Assembly: GCA_965215265.1 (NCBI GenBank)
Contig: OZ244048.1
Coordinates: 416,001 to 480,000, forward strand
Length of the DNA: 64,000 nucleotides
Direction: 5' to 3'
Source of the DNA: Candidatus Poribacteria bacterium
GTDB taxonomy: Bacteria > Poribacteria > WGA-4E > WGA-3G
Positions 27,488 to 38,479 of this stretch are shown piece after piece (position 1 is the stretch's first letter; each line of letters opens with the position of its first letter). Below the pieces are notes generated by a model. The model did no database searches, had not been told where the DNA came from, and was given only the letters and a program-made list of their open reading frames with translations. Position numbers and translations under genes: made by a program.

Positions 27488-29044
27488 ATGTTCAGAACCT
27501 ATTTCATCCACGCAATTTTACTTAGCTCTTTTGGCATCATGGCCGATGCCAACGCACAAAAAACTGACACGCCTATCCCTATCCACGTCACATCAGCTAG
27601 ACGCATCACAATTGTCAGCGAAAAACGTTATACCGGACTCTTCATACCCCAAGCAGAACTGCAGGTATTTGCAAATATTCCCGGTAACATTGTCGAACTC
27701 CACGCGAAGCCCGGACAACTCGTGACGAAAGGCGAAATACTAGCACGCAGCAACGCACGAGAAGCAAATATCGCCGCTATAAAGGCTGAAGCCGCATTAA
27801 TACAAGCACAAGCACAACTCACCACCACCACTGCAAACGCACAAGCACGCATTGAAGCCCAACTCGCTGTCGCCCAAGAAGCTCTCCTCGCAACCCAAGC
27901 CAGACTCGAAGAGACAAAATCACTCGCAGAAATGCGCATCCGCAACCAACTGACGCAGGCTGAAGCCGCATACAAAGCCGCTGAAGCTACTCACGCACGT
28001 GCTAAAGTCAACGCACAACAAGCCACAAAACGCGCAAAAGCTGAACTCGACAAAACTGAACTCGATTTTAACAGAAATAAGGCACTTCACGAAAAACAGC
28101 ACATCAGCGATAGCGACTTTGAAGCAGCCGAAACCCGACTCAAAGTCTCAAAAACACGCTACCAAGAGGCACTCGCATCGCTAAACCAGTTTCAGGACGG
28201 AACCGCCCAACTCGCCGTACAGAAAGCAAAAACTGAATTGGAAGTCGCACGCAAGGTCGTTCAAAGCCGAGGATGGGAACGCGAAATTGCTACCGCTCAA
28301 TCAAAACTTAACCAAGCACAAGCCACACTCACTACTGCACAGAAATTGGTCGACGCAAAAGCATGGGAACGCGAAATCGCCATCGCTCAATCCGCTGTCA
28401 AACAAGCCGAAGAACAGTTGAAACTCGCTCGACAACACCTCAATAACGCCGCTATTACATCACCCATTAACGGCGTAATTGTCTCGCGCAACGTTGAACT
28501 CGGAGACTACGCAAAACCACCCAGCGCACTCGGAAGCCCTATTTTCACAGTTATCTCAACCGACAGCCTCACCGCAGCATGGAGCATCCCAGCACAAGAA
28601 CTCAGCAAAATTGAAATCGGACAAATGGTCCTGATCTCCACATCTACTGGAATTCAGAACATTGTAGGTACAATCGACTTCATCAGTCCGACCTTCAACA
28701 AACAAGATAACACCGTGCTTGTTCATGCAACCCTCTCTAAACCAGAACGCAAAAGCACACGGAAACTCCTCAAACCCGGGGCCACTATCACCGTCGCCGT
28801 CAAAACAGATGAACGGAAAGACGTACAACTCCTCCCGCTCCGAGCTGTCATCCACATTCAGAATGCTACAGGCGAAATTTTCATCGTCAACGGAAACACA
28901 ACCCAACGAAAGCAGATAAACGTCGGCGCTATCTACGGAAGCGAAATCGAAGTCACATCAAAACTTACGCTAAAAACGCAGGTGATTGTCGATAACCAAC
29001 ACCTCTTGCAAGACGGAACCCCTATTACTATTGCACCCGATTAA
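27488..29044 (+). CDS. Efflux RND transporter periplasmic adaptor (membrane fusion protein)
   Basis: Signal peptide, lipoyl halves (GQLVTKGEIL, ITSPINGVI), very long alpha-hairpin. Confidence 0.88.
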   Translation: MFRTYFIHAILLSSFGIMADANAQKTDTPIPIHVTSARRITIVSEKRYTGLFIPQAELQVFANIPGNIVELHAKPGQLVTKGEILARSNAREANIAAIKAEAALIQAQAQLTTTTANAQARIEAQLAVAQEALLATQARLEETKSLAEMRIRNQLTQAEAAYKAAEATHARAKVNAQQATKRAKAELDKTELDFNRNKALHEKQHISDSDFEAAETRLKVSKTRYQEALASLNQFQDGTAQLAVQKAKTELEVARKVVQSRGWEREIATAQSKLNQAQATLTTAQKLVDAKAWEREIAIAQSAVKQAEEQLKLARQHLNNAAITSPINGVIVSRNVELGDYAKPPSALGSPIFTVISTDSLTAAWSIPAQELSKIEIGQMVLISTSTGIQNIVGTIDFISPTFNKQDNTVLVHATLSKPERKSTRKLLKPGATITVAVKTDERKDVQLLPLRAVIHIQNATGEIFIVNGNTTQRKQINVGAIYGSEIEVTSKLTLKTQVIVDNQHLLQDGTPITIAPD

Positions 29045-29069
29045 AAAAGCACCGACAGATATCGCAACG

Positions 29070-29167
29070 ACGCATACACCTCTTTCACCGTTGATTCCAG
29101 ACTTCTTGAGGGGGACTCATAAGAATCCCCCTAAACGCATATACCTCTTTCACCGTTGATTCCAGAC
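29070..29167. repeat. 33-bp direct repeat pair flanking a 32-bp hairpin
   Basis: ACGCATA(C/T)ACCTCTTTCACCGTTGATTCCAGAC at 29070 and 29135. The spacer contains AGGGGGA...TCCCCCT. Confidence 0.85.
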
Positions 29168-29297
29168 GGTATATGTCGCACACATCAACATCAGTCCTCT
29201 CATTTAAACCATTACCACGCAAACTTAAATTAAAATTGGGCAGCGTACCAAAGCACACTGCCCTCCGCATACGGATACAGCCGAATACAGATAGAAA

Positions 29298-30440
29298 TTA
29301 CTGAATCAGAACAGAAACCTGAATCTGCTCCCACTTCCGCTTAGCCCGGTGCGTTGCCACTCGCCTTTTAAACACATCGGCCACCGTCATTCCGGCTGAT
29401 TCAATTATCCCCTCTAGATTCTCAATCGCCTTTCGACCGGAAGCATCTGCGTACCCTAATAAAATTATCCCATCAGGTTTTAGAAAGCGCCGAACCTCTT
29501 TAAAAAAACGTTTCAACGTCTGCTGCTTCTCATCGTGGATCGCCAATTCCCCTCTATTGCGCGCACGTACCACAACCCACGGCGCATTGAACAAAATTAA
29601 ATCAAATTGGCGCGTACCGAACGGGACAAAAAGATCGCCTGCAGGCATAATACGGATATTTCCTGAATCCGGAAGATGCTCCTCAACGTTCAACTTTGTC
29701 GTCGCAACCGCCTCCGGAAGTAAATCCGACGCATAAATAATCGCCGTTTCCGGCGATTCCTGATGTGCTAACAGGGTCAACACCCCGCTACCACAGCCAA
29801 CGTCAACCACTTCAATCTCACTCCGTTTTAAAACATTCGCAAAAACATCTTGCAGCGCCTCCTGAAAGCACGCAACCGTCTCTTGTGACCGAGGCGCAAG
29901 CACATGTTCTGAAGCAACAAGCGACACACCCAGCACACCAACCGGATAAGTCACCTCCAGCGCACGCCGAACTCTCTCAACACACGCAAGCGGAACAAGA
30001 AACGGACACCCTTCATTCGCACCGGACGGCTCCCCAATTAATTCCAAGAGATACGGCAAATCCAACGGCGGATCCACTTGTAAAACCCCATCTGCATCTG
30101 CCCAGCACATCAGCCGCGTCAAGTCTACGTCTAGCAGATTCCCTGCCGATTTCCGACGCTTAGGTGCCACCTCTCCATACCGCGAACCCTTATGTGAAAC
30201 TGTTCTGTTCGACCGACTCTTCTGATGCCGTTCAATGTAGTCCATTAACACTAAAATCTGTTCCCACCGACCCTCCACAACCGCAACGCCACCTTTACTA
30301 AGATGCGTAGAAATGCGACCGAGGTGTATCAAATCGCGAGCCGCGAAGTACTTCACACGAGGACGCGCAAAGACTGACTCCCGACATTCTCTCGGAACGT
30401 AAAGTTCCCCTAGCTTGCTGACGTTATAAAAATGATTCAT
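29298..30440 (-). CDS. Class I SAM-dependent methyltransferase (HemK/MTS-like)
   Basis: VDVGCGSGVL, FDLILFNAPW. Confidence 0.85.
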   Translation of the reverse strand: MNHFYNVSKLGELYVPRECRESVFARPRVKYFAARDLIHLGRISTHLSKGGVAVVEGRWEQILVLMDYIERHQKSRSNRTVSHKGSRYGEVAPKRRKSAGNLLDVDLTRLMCWADADGVLQVDPPLDLPYLLELIGEPSGANEGCPFLVPLACVERVRRALEVTYPVGVLGVSLVASEHVLAPRSQETVACFQEALQDVFANVLKRSEIEVVDVGCGSGVLTLLAHQESPETAIIYASDLLPEAVATTKLNVEEHLPDSGNIRIMPAGDLFVPFGTRQFDLILFNAPWVVVRARNRGELAIHDEKQQTLKRFFKEVRRFLKPDGIILLGYADASGRKAIENLEGIIESAGMTVADVFKRRVATHRAKRKWEQIQVSVLIQ

Positions 30441-30504
30441 GCGTAAATCTAGTTACAAACTGGGCTTAGTCATAGCACTGCACGAATGCCTAAACAGTTG
30501 CCAC

Positions 30505-31554
30505 CTAACGAATCCCTACAATCTCACCTATTCTAACAGATTCTGCCTCTTTATAACAGAGCAGCAGCGCATTTCTCGCACCAAATCCAGACAGAGCCGT
30601 CGGCTCTTCACCACTCTGAATCGCATCTACCGCGTACTGCAGTTCACTCCTGAAGGCATCAATCGGGTCTGGCTCTCCCAAATCCACCTGCTCCACTTCG
30701 CCTGTTTCATGCAAAAGCGTTAAAGGCACTGCAGCCACCGGCTCGCCCCCCAACGTCGCGAAGTCATACAACAGCGTCGCTTTTTCAAGATAGAGCTCGA
30801 AACCGTGCGAGAACGCCCTGCCTCTTTGCGAAACCGCCCCAGATGAGCAGCTCACCGCAACCCCCTTATCCTTATAGATATATTGTGTCGTCACATAATC
30901 AACGAAGTTGTCACCGATCCGTTTGCCTTGTGAGAAAACCGCGTCAGGCACACCGCACAGCAGCTGGATGAAGTGCGTATCGTGAATGTGCAAATCGATA
31001 CCCGGCCCACCGCTCTTCTCAACATCCGCGAAATCCCTAGACCAGCTCGGTTTAGAGATGATGCGCTTGAAATGCGCACCCAGCATATTACCGTACTCCC
31101 CGCCATCAACCAAGCTCCTCGCATACGCATATTCCGAAAAGAAGGGCAATACATGCGCAACCATAAAATATTTACCCGTCTCCTCCGCCAACCCAACTAT
31201 CTCATTAGCATCCTCAATTTCAATGCAGATCGGCTTTTCAACAAGCGTATGTTTACCCGCACGAAGTGATGCCATGCTAACCGACTTATGTAGATGTGTC
31301 GGCAGACAGATATCAACCAGGTCTATCTCTTCATCCGCGAGCATCGCGTCAATGTCCCGGTACGTCCTAACATTCGACAAATCTTCAATCCCACCACGCG
31401 GACCAAAGTTACCCTGAATCCCCGTCCAATCCCCTTCTAATTTCTGAGCATCCCGCGTGCAGATTGCCACCACTTCGGCCCCAATCACGCGCTGAATACC
31501 GTAGTAGTGCATCATACCCATGAAACCTATGCCCACAATCCCAATTTTAACCAC
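30505..31554 (-). CDS. Gfo/Idh/MocA family oxidoreductase
   Basis: KIGIVGIGFMG, ICLPTHLH, HTLVEKP, GGPGIDLHIHD. GTG start after AGGGAG. Confidence 0.92.
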   Translation of the reverse strand: MVKIGIVGIGFMGMMHYYGIQRVIGAEVVAICTRDAQKLEGDWTGIQGNFGPRGGIEDLSNVRTYRDIDAMLADEEIDLVDICLPTHLHKSVSMASLRAGKHTLVEKPICIEIEDANEIVGLAEETGKYFMVAHVLPFFSEYAYARSLVDGGEYGNMLGAHFKRIISKPSWSRDFADVEKSGGPGIDLHIHDTHFIQLLCGVPDAVFSQGKRIGDNFVDYVTTQYIYKDKGVAVSCSSGAVSQRGRAFSHGFELYLEKATLLYDFATLGGEPVAAVPLTLLHETGEVEQVDLGEPDPIDAFRSELQYAVDAIQSGEEPTALSGFGARNALLLCYKEAESVRIGEIVGIR

Positions 31555-31642
31555 TTTGCTCCCTACCTTTATAGAAAACGGCACAGCAGCCGCCTCTCTC
31601 AAGATGAACCACTGTACCGTTAATTTTTGTGCAAATCTGCCG

Positions 31643-32431
31643 CTAATGGATAACGCTTCTTCGCTTAAGAGTGCCCCATGTCGTTGCCGCCTTACCCTTT
31701 GCCGAGACGGCCAGGAACCCCTCTTCCATAATCGCTTGGACTTCATCCTCACTCAGCGCACGCCGCCAAATCGCAGCCTCATCTATCGAACCATTCTCAA
31801 ATGTATAATTCGGACGGTCCTTGGAACAGCCTATCCGCAGATCCTGGTCATTTGTACCCTGAAAGTCAAATTTATTATCCTCTTCAACCGCCAGCGCACC
31901 ATCAACATAGACTTTCATAGTCGAACCGTCATAAGTACCAACAACGTGATGCCAGGTCTTCTCTTCCAGCGGATGAGGTTTGTTCAACGTAGGACGACCA
32001 TTGCCCGAACCCAAAAACATATTAAAACTTTTACCGTCACCGAAAGCACCTATCCCGTACGAATTATGTTCACCACCGTTATGGCAGTTCTTATCGAACC
32101 ATTGTGCATCGGTATTCCACCCCTCCTGATAGATCCAAGCAGCCATCGTAATCTCACCACTAATCTTCAATTCATCAGAAGCCGGCACATTCACGCAATC
32201 CGCACCCTCAGCCGTAATATGTATCGCATCGCCATATTTACCTGCCACAAATTCGGTATTGGCGATAATATCCGCATCCAGTCCATTCCCGGAATCGTCA
32301 AGAATCATTTTGCCGCTCACGTTGTCAAACGTGAAATACAGAACAAGCCCATCTTCCAGATTCGCGATAACGCCGCCTACTGTCAAAAACAGCACTATCG
32401 TTAACGCCACATACATAAATAACCTTCTCAT
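31643..32431 (-). CDS. Secreted LamG/concanavalin-like domain protein
   Basis: Signal peptide, LVLYFTFD, WHHVVGTYDG, IDEAAIWRRALS, C-terminal KAATTWGTLK. Confidence 0.9.
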   Translation of the reverse strand: MRRLFMYVALTIVLFLTVGGVIANLEDGLVLYFTFDNVSGKMILDDSGNGLDADIIANTEFVAGKYGDAIHITAEGADCVNVPASDELKISGEITMAAWIYQEGWNTDAQWFDKNCHNGGEHNSYGIGAFGDGKSFNMFLGSGNGRPTLNKPHPLEEKTWHHVVGTYDGSTMKVYVDGALAVEEDNKFDFQGTNDQDLRIGCSKDRPNYTFENGSIDEAAIWRRALSEDEVQAIMEEGFLAVSAKGKAATTWGTLKRRSVIH

Positions 32432-32565
32432 TTTTCCTCCTCCTGTTTGCTCTTCTGAATTATGCCCCAATTTTACGACAAATTTTCAAATAAGTCAACC
32501 TACTTCTATTTCAAAAACACGCTCAGGCGGTCAGGCGGAGCCGTCCACCTACTATAAAAAAATAC

Positions 32566-33393
32566 TTATTCGCTAGTCAGCGCAGCATTCATCACCTCTT
32601 CCCATCTGCCCTCAAATCTTTCGCCAAATTCCATCTCACCACCCGTTGCAAGAGAACCGCGCAGCATCGGTTTTGTCGCTTTGTGCCTCTCCCAAAGCTC
32701 CAGACCACCGAAATCGTTATGCAAGAAATGAAGTGCAACCCCTGCACGGGCCTTATCGGAGAGGTTCGATTTCGTACAGTGAGCAACACCATAGCAGAAA
32801 AACAGAACACCGCCTGCTTTCAATTCAATCGGCACAGCACGCTCCTCCGGCGGATCACACCTTATGTGATGGTCGCTCAACGCGTCTCGATAGTGTTCGT
32901 AACTTTCACGATGACTCCCCGGAATAACGTGCATACACCCATTCTCAATGTTCGCATCGTGGATGGCAATCCACATCGCCGTACCACGCAACGGGTCGGC
33001 AATTTTAAAATACGCATTATCCTGATGCCAACTTGTACCAATACCTATTTTGGCAGGCTTCCAAAAGGCCTGGTCCAACTCCAACATGAATTCATCACCA
33101 ATCAATTGTTCAACAACAGCAAGCACCTTCGGATGAAACGGTAACGCCTTGTGCAATACACTCCGATTGTTAAGCGGAATAACCTGCAGGTTCTGTCTTT
33201 CACCCTCATTGTCCCTTTTCGTGCCATCTGTCTGAACAGCACAATTAATCCCGTTACCTTGCCTCAGTTCACGCTCATAAATCCGCTCCAATTCTAAGCA
33301 CAGCGCTTTCGATTCAACAGGAGTAAAGAAACCCTCAATCGCCAGATAGCCATCCTTTCGGAATTCGGCTAATTGTATATCAGTTAATTGCAT
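32566..33393 (-). CDS. PhyH-family Fe(II)/2OG dioxygenase
   Basis: FRKDGY, WHQD, ENGCMHVIPGSH, distal H. Confidence 0.9.
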   Translation of the reverse strand: MQLTDIQLAEFRKDGYLAIEGFFTPVESKALCLELERIYERELRQGNGINCAVQTDGTKRDNEGERQNLQVIPLNNRSVLHKALPFHPKVLAVVEQLIGDEFMLELDQAFWKPAKIGIGTSWHQDNAYFKIADPLRGTAMWIAIHDANIENGCMHVIPGSHRESYEHYRDALSDHHIRCDPPEERAVPIELKAGGVLFFCYGVAHCTKSNLSDKARAGVALHFLHNDFGGLELWERHKATKPMLRGSLATGGEMEFGERFEGRWEEVMNAALTSE

Positions 33394-33414
33394 TAGACCC
33401 TTCTCTCTTTATCT

Positions 33415-34878
33415 CTAGTTCATTTCTGCACACGGCACAATAATCGAATCTACCATACCGTGCAAAATTTTCTTATCTGCAGGACACACTGCTGCCTGTA
33501 TGCCTCCCAATGTAGCAGTATTTCCTGTTACAAAATAGTACGGTCGAAGCAACGGCCGGCAGGCCATCTCTTCTAAATCCCCGAGCTCAAAATTATAATA
33601 CTGCATCCGGACCCGTTTGGCTGTATGGAACTTCTGTAACACATAAGGCGTTTTCTCAAAATTCGCCAAACCGTTTTCTATCGCCGATGCCCACTCCTCA
33701 ACAGGAAGATCGTGCCCTATGGCAACACCCCGACTCCCCCACGCCAACGCGGAAAAGCCCGACGGTTTAATAACCAATTCACGCTGACGCTGCGTCACAT
33801 CCATCAACTCATGCCAATCCCTTACAGGACACCCCTCTAACGCTAACTCAGGAATCACAGCATGCGGCGGCAGCGGACGGGCATCTAAAACCCACGTCTG
33901 CGGAATAGACCCGCGCAGAAAAGCGTAAGTCCGCCGCCCGAGTTGACGCTGCCAAAACCGTTGCAACGACGGATGATGGAAGAGAGCCAAACACAATTTC
34001 TCTTCAAGATACGCCTTTGGCGGAGGTGTCATCACAACCGTCCGTTTCTTCGCACTATAAAGCATTAATTCCGATTTCGGAATGTTCTGCAAATCAAACA
34101 ATTCATAGAAGCGATATAATACATCAACACGTATCTCATCCGGTTCAACACGAGACGAAACCGCGCCACAAAAATCGGATTTTACAAAAATCCCATCCTC
34201 CCTAAAAATGACATCATGCGGCTTGACAGCACGCGCCCACACACCCAAATCACAAAGCGAACCCGCAAGCCACTCCATTTCTGCCCAATAATCTTGCGAT
34301 TCATCTGAAACAACAATCGCAAGCACCGGTTCATCTCTCTTCGACAAGCCACGAATCATGTCTGCATACCCACGCACCATCCCATCTCTACCACCGATAA
34401 CAGAATAGCCCAGCTCCCCATACAACTTTGACAGACAACCCGTCGCTCCAATAAAACCCGGAACTGAATCCAACTCTGTTATCACCATACCCTCTACACC
34501 ATCTGCCGTCGGAAGAATATCCGGGCGAAGCACACCCGGCAACTGACTCTTAAACCGGTTCATCCGTCCATATTGAATCAATGACTCAGGTTTGCCTATA
34601 TCTAAATACTCCGCTACCCAATCCGGCTGAATCCCCCGTACACTTTGCGAATAGAGCAAGTTACACGCACGATAAAAATTTAAGAGATGCCCACCTAACT
34701 CTTCAAACCACCTTAACTCTGCTTGGGAAATCCAGAACGGCTCTGGCGAGATGCGCCACGTAGCATTGCAATCCGGATGCACAGCCCGTTTCTCGCCTGA
34801 GAACAACTTCGCCCTCGGAATTTCACCATTAATAAATAGACATTTTTGTTTAGCATCCAAACGGAAACTCCTCGTCAA
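33415..34878 (-). CDS. Hypothetical ATP-grasp-like amide ligase
   Basis: RPD...ITELDSVPG, YRFYELFD, EEK, LVIKPSG...WGSRGV, YVLQKF resemble the GSP-synthase/circularly permuted ATP-grasp layout. Confidence 0.6.
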   Translation of the reverse strand: MTRSFRLDAKQKCLFINGEIPRAKLFSGEKRAVHPDCNATWRISPEPFWISQAELRWFEELGGHLLNFYRACNLLYSQSVRGIQPDWVAEYLDIGKPESLIQYGRMNRFKSQLPGVLRPDILPTADGVEGMVITELDSVPGFIGATGCLSKLYGELGYSVIGGRDGMVRGYADMIRGLSKRDEPVLAIVVSDESQDYWAEMEWLAGSLCDLGVWARAVKPHDVIFREDGIFVKSDFCGAVSSRVEPDEIRVDVLYRFYELFDLQNIPKSELMLYSAKKRTVVMTPPPKAYLEEKLCLALFHHPSLQRFWQRQLGRRTYAFLRGSIPQTWVLDARPLPPHAVIPELALEGCPVRDWHELMDVTQRQRELVIKPSGFSALAWGSRGVAIGHDLPVEEWASAIENGLANFEKTPYVLQKFHTAKRVRMQYYNFELGDLEEMACRPLLRPYYFVTGNTATLGGIQAAVCPADKKILHGMVDSIIVPCAEMN

Positions 34879-34898
34879 TTATGCAATCAGCGCAGATT

Positions 34899-36482
34899 CT
34901 ACAGAAAAATCTGCTTCACAAAATCAATCTGCTTTTGCGACGCGAGCGCTTGCAAAGCACTCCGCGGCACAGGACTATCCACATTTATCAACGTCACAGC
35001 CAATTCACCCATCCGCGAACGCCCCACAGTCATATCCGAGATGTTGATGCCGTGATCACCCAAAATTGTACCGATTAAGCCGATCATCCCCGGCTGATCG
35101 CGATTATAAATCAGAATCATATCACTATCCGGCTTCGCATTCATGTGAATTTGGTTAATCCGAACAATCCGAATATCCTGCCGCCCAAAAACGCTACCTT
35201 CAATCACTGCCTCACCTTTATCTGTCATAATCGTGATAGCGATAGAGTTCGCGAAATCCGATTCCGAATCACTCCGAGTCTCCTTAACAGGAATACCGCG
35301 CTGCTTCATCAGGAAGGGCGCGTTCACATAGTTTACGTTGCTTAACACAGCCATGAGCAGCCCTTTTTGCAAAGCAACAGTTATCGGCATCACATCTTCC
35401 TTCCGAAACAGAGCACCACTGTAATCAATCTGAATCGCGGAGATTTGGCCCTCTACAATTTGTGCGTGGAAACTCCCAATTTTTTCAGCCAATGTCAGAT
35501 AGGGACCTAAAATATCAAACGTTCTTGAGTCAATTTGCGGTTGATTAACCGCATGAGCAACCGGTTGCCCCCGGAGCGCGTTAATCGCTTGTTGTGCTAC
35601 CTCTATTGAAACGTGGTCCTGTGCCTCTGTTGTTGAAGCTCCCAAATGCGGACTAACTAAGACGTTATCCAAACTCAGCAACGGAGAAGCAGTTGCCGGC
35701 TCATTCTCAAACACATCCAGCGCAGCACCCGCCAATTCCCCTTTTCTCAGCGCATCGTACAGCGCATCTTCGTCAATAATACCACCACGCGCACAGTTAA
35801 TCAAACGACACGTCGACTTCATCAGATTAAACTCTGAGACACCTATGCTATGATACGTCTCAGCATTCAGATGTGTATGAATGGAAATATAATCCGACTC
35901 CTCAAACAACGTCTCACGGCCCACAAGCTGGACACCCATTTTCTCTGCAGCCCCTATCGAAATATACGGGTCATGCGCGATAACCTTCATCCCAAACGCT
36001 TGAACACGTTTCGTGACTTCGCAGCCGATACGCCCTAAACCCACACTCCCCAAAACCTTCCCGTATAATTCAACACCCATGAACTCATCCCGTTTCCATC
36101 TCTTATTTTTCAGAGAGATACCCGCCGGAACAAGGTTACGGGCCAACCCTAATAACAGCGCAATCGTATGCTCCGCCGCTGCAATCGTATTACCCAGCGG
36201 CGTATTAACGACCAGGATGCCCTGCCGCGTCGCAGCAGCTACATCAATGTTATCTACCCCAACGCCAGCACGCCCTATCACCTTCAAACGGGACGCCGCA
36301 TCGATAACCTCTGCTGTCACCTTCGTCGCACTCCGAATCAGCAACGCGTCATATTCACAAATACATGCAAGCAAGTCCTCGCGCGACAAGTCTAGCGCGA
36401 CATCTACCTCAAATTCACCGCTCTCATGTAAAACGTCCAATCCGCGCTGTGACAGCAAATCGCTGACCAGCACCTTGTTCAT
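34899..36482 (-). CDS. serA: D-3-phosphoglycerate dehydrogenase
   Basis: RAGVGVDNID, GLGRIG, NCARGG, PHLGAST, ASB and ACT domains. Confidence 0.96.
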   Translation of the reverse strand: MNKVLVSDLLSQRGLDVLHESGEFEVDVALDLSREDLLACICEYDALLIRSATKVTAEVIDAASRLKVIGRAGVGVDNIDVAAATRQGILVVNTPLGNTIAAAEHTIALLLGLARNLVPAGISLKNKRWKRDEFMGVELYGKVLGSVGLGRIGCEVTKRVQAFGMKVIAHDPYISIGAAEKMGVQLVGRETLFEESDYISIHTHLNAETYHSIGVSEFNLMKSTCRLINCARGGIIDEDALYDALRKGELAGAALDVFENEPATASPLLSLDNVLVSPHLGASTTEAQDHVSIEVAQQAINALRGQPVAHAVNQPQIDSRTFDILGPYLTLAEKIGSFHAQIVEGQISAIQIDYSGALFRKEDVMPITVALQKGLLMAVLSNVNYVNAPFLMKQRGIPVKETRSDSESDFANSIAITIMTDKGEAVIEGSVFGRQDIRIVRINQIHMNAKPDSDMILIYNRDQPGMIGLIGTILGDHGINISDMTVGRSRMGELAVTLINVDSPVPRSALQALASQKQIDFVKQIFL

Positions 36483-36712
36483 AGCACAACATTACCTTCC
36501 TTTAAAGCATTTTATCAGCAGGATATTTGTAGAACAACTTACACAACACTTTAAATTATAGCATACACACTCCACCAGAGTCAACAACATTTTAAAACAA
36601 TTAAACTTACAAATATTTAAATTGACTATTTTTCTTATACATGATACTATAATGTACAATATCACCGTGCAGCACACTATTGCACGAAATACCTTATTAC
36701 GGAGGAAAAAAC

Positions 36713-36907
36713 ATGGGAGTCCCTGGTCCCTGGGAATTATTGATTTTGTTAGGCATTATCCTACTTATCTTCGGCGGTAAACGACTGCCTGAACTCGCAC
36801 GCGGACTCGGCAAAAGTATCACCAACTTTAAGGCAGGCCTCAACGACGAAGAAACCATCGATGAGACAACAACCGAACCACCAAAAACTGAGAACCAGAA
36901 AAAATGA
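36713..36907 (+). CDS. tatA: Twin-arginine translocase TatA/E
   Basis: GPWELLI...IFGGKRLPELARGLGKSITNFK; GGAGG RBS. Confidence 0.93.
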   Translation: MGVPGPWELLILLGIILLIFGGKRLPELARGLGKSITNFKAGLNDEETIDETTTEPPKTENQKK

Positions 36908-37227
36908 AAGACAAATTACCCGATTTCCTTCTGAACGTCATTGACGAATACCCAGAAGTTTGGAACGCATATCAGACGCTAGGAGAAACCTGCAGCAATG
37001 CAGGACCTCTTGACACCAAAACGACAAGACTTGTTAAACTCGGCATTGCTATCGGAACCAAATCTGAAGGCGCAGTCCACTCACACACCCGCAGAGCACT
37101 ACGAGAAGGAATCGCACCCGAGGAATTGCAGCAAGTCGCACTCCTAGCAGTGACATCCATCGGCTGGTCCGCCAGCATGGCCGCACTCTCATGGATACAA
37201 GATGTCATTCATCAACAAGACGCTTGA
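36904..37227 (+). CDS. Carboxymuconolactone decarboxylase family protein
   Basis: GPLDTKTTRLVKLGIAIG...HSHTRRALREG. Confidence 0.88.
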   Translation: MKDKLPDFLLNVIDEYPEVWNAYQTLGETCSNAGPLDTKTTRLVKLGIAIGTKSEGAVHSHTRRALREGIAPEELQQVALLAVTSIGWSASMAALSWIQDVIHQQDA

Positions 37228-37249
37228 ACCCACAGAACGGAGTTCCATC

Positions 37250-38470
37250 ATGAAAACGCATCTGGTAGCATCCTTAATATTCGCCGGCACCTGCTGGCTT
37301 ATCCCATCGAGCACGGTAAGCCAAAACGAACCACAATTAAAACAAGGCATCGCCTACGTCAAATTACGACTTTATCCACAGGCAATTGAAGCCTTCAAAT
37401 CGATTTTAGCACAACAACCTACCCAGGCCGATGCACTTTTCCAACTCGGCAATGTCTATATATTGCACAACCAATTGGAATTAGCAATTCAGACGTTTGA
37501 CAAAATCCTGACGTTTGACAAAACTGAGACACAACCTAACCTCTCGCCTATCGGAAAAGGTTTAGCCCACCTCGCACTAGCAGAAACTTATTGCAAAATC
37601 GGTGAATTGGAGACAGCAGCACAGCACACAAAGGCAGCTATTCACTACCATCCAACACATCCTGATAGCTACTACCGCCTCGGCTATATCTATACACATC
37701 AAGCACTGTTTGACGCAGCCATCACCCAATTCAAACAGGCACTCGCACTCAAACCCGATTTTCCTGAAGCTTACGAATGGCTCGGATTAATCGCACTCAT
37801 GCAAGATAAACCCCAGCAAGCAGTGCAATATTACCAGAACGCCATTCGCAAAAATCCTTACGTTCAGAGCACCTACTATAATCTCGCCAAAGCATATCGC
37901 CTACTCGGAGATATGAACGCCGCAGCCCAACAACTTAAGCAGTTTGAACTTATGAAAACCTATTATGACAAAAGTTATGCTATTGAACTCGCACTCGACC
38001 GGCAACCAATGAATACCGCCCTACGCATGAAATTGGCAGAAATTCATTTAGCATATAAAAATACAGACGCCGCAATTCACACATACCAAACCTTGCAACA
38101 GCTAAACCCTGAATTTGTAGAAGGATATGACAAACTGGCCAGACTCTACATGAATCTCAACAAACCACAACAGGCAATTCCACTCTTCCAAAAGGTACTG
38201 GAATTAAACCCGTACGCACTTGAAGCACACGTCCGATTAGGATGGCTCTACACTTTCCTCCGAAAATTTGAAAAAGCCGAAAACCATCTCAAAACCGCTA
38301 TAGATAAGAGACCACAACTCACATTAGCATACCACGGACTAGCCGAAATTTATCTCGCACAGCAGAAAAACGAAAAAGCGATACAAGTCTACCGCCAGAT
38401 CATCCAAATCAATCCAGAAGACAAAGACGCTTCCAAAGCATTGCAACAGTTGCATAATAAAAAACCGTGA
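37250..38470 (+). CDS. Tetratricopeptide repeat protein
   Basis: Signal peptide and multiple TPR units. Confidence 0.9.
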   Translation: MKTHLVASLIFAGTCWLIPSSTVSQNEPQLKQGIAYVKLRLYPQAIEAFKSILAQQPTQADALFQLGNVYILHNQLELAIQTFDKILTFDKTETQPNLSPIGKGLAHLALAETYCKIGELETAAQHTKAAIHYHPTHPDSYYRLGYIYTHQALFDAAITQFKQALALKPDFPEAYEWLGLIALMQDKPQQAVQYYQNAIRKNPYVQSTYYNLAKAYRLLGDMNAAAQQLKQFELMKTYYDKSYAIELALDRQPMNTALRMKLAEIHLAYKNTDAAIHTYQTLQQLNPEFVEGYDKLARLYMNLNKPQQAIPLFQKVLELNPYALEAHVRLGWLYTFLRKFEKAENHLKTAIDKRPQLTLAYHGLAEIYLAQQKNEKAIQVYRQIIQINPEDKDASKALQQLHNKKP

Positions 38471-38479
38471 TGTGATCTG

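Noticed and set aside
29070-29167. Mini-CRISPR (33-bp repeat, 32-bp spacer)
   Set aside because: Only two repeats, the repeat is not palindromic while the spacer is, and there is no leader or cas gene.
31520-32404. 294-aa plus-strand ORF
   Set aside because: Antisense shadow of the LamG gene.
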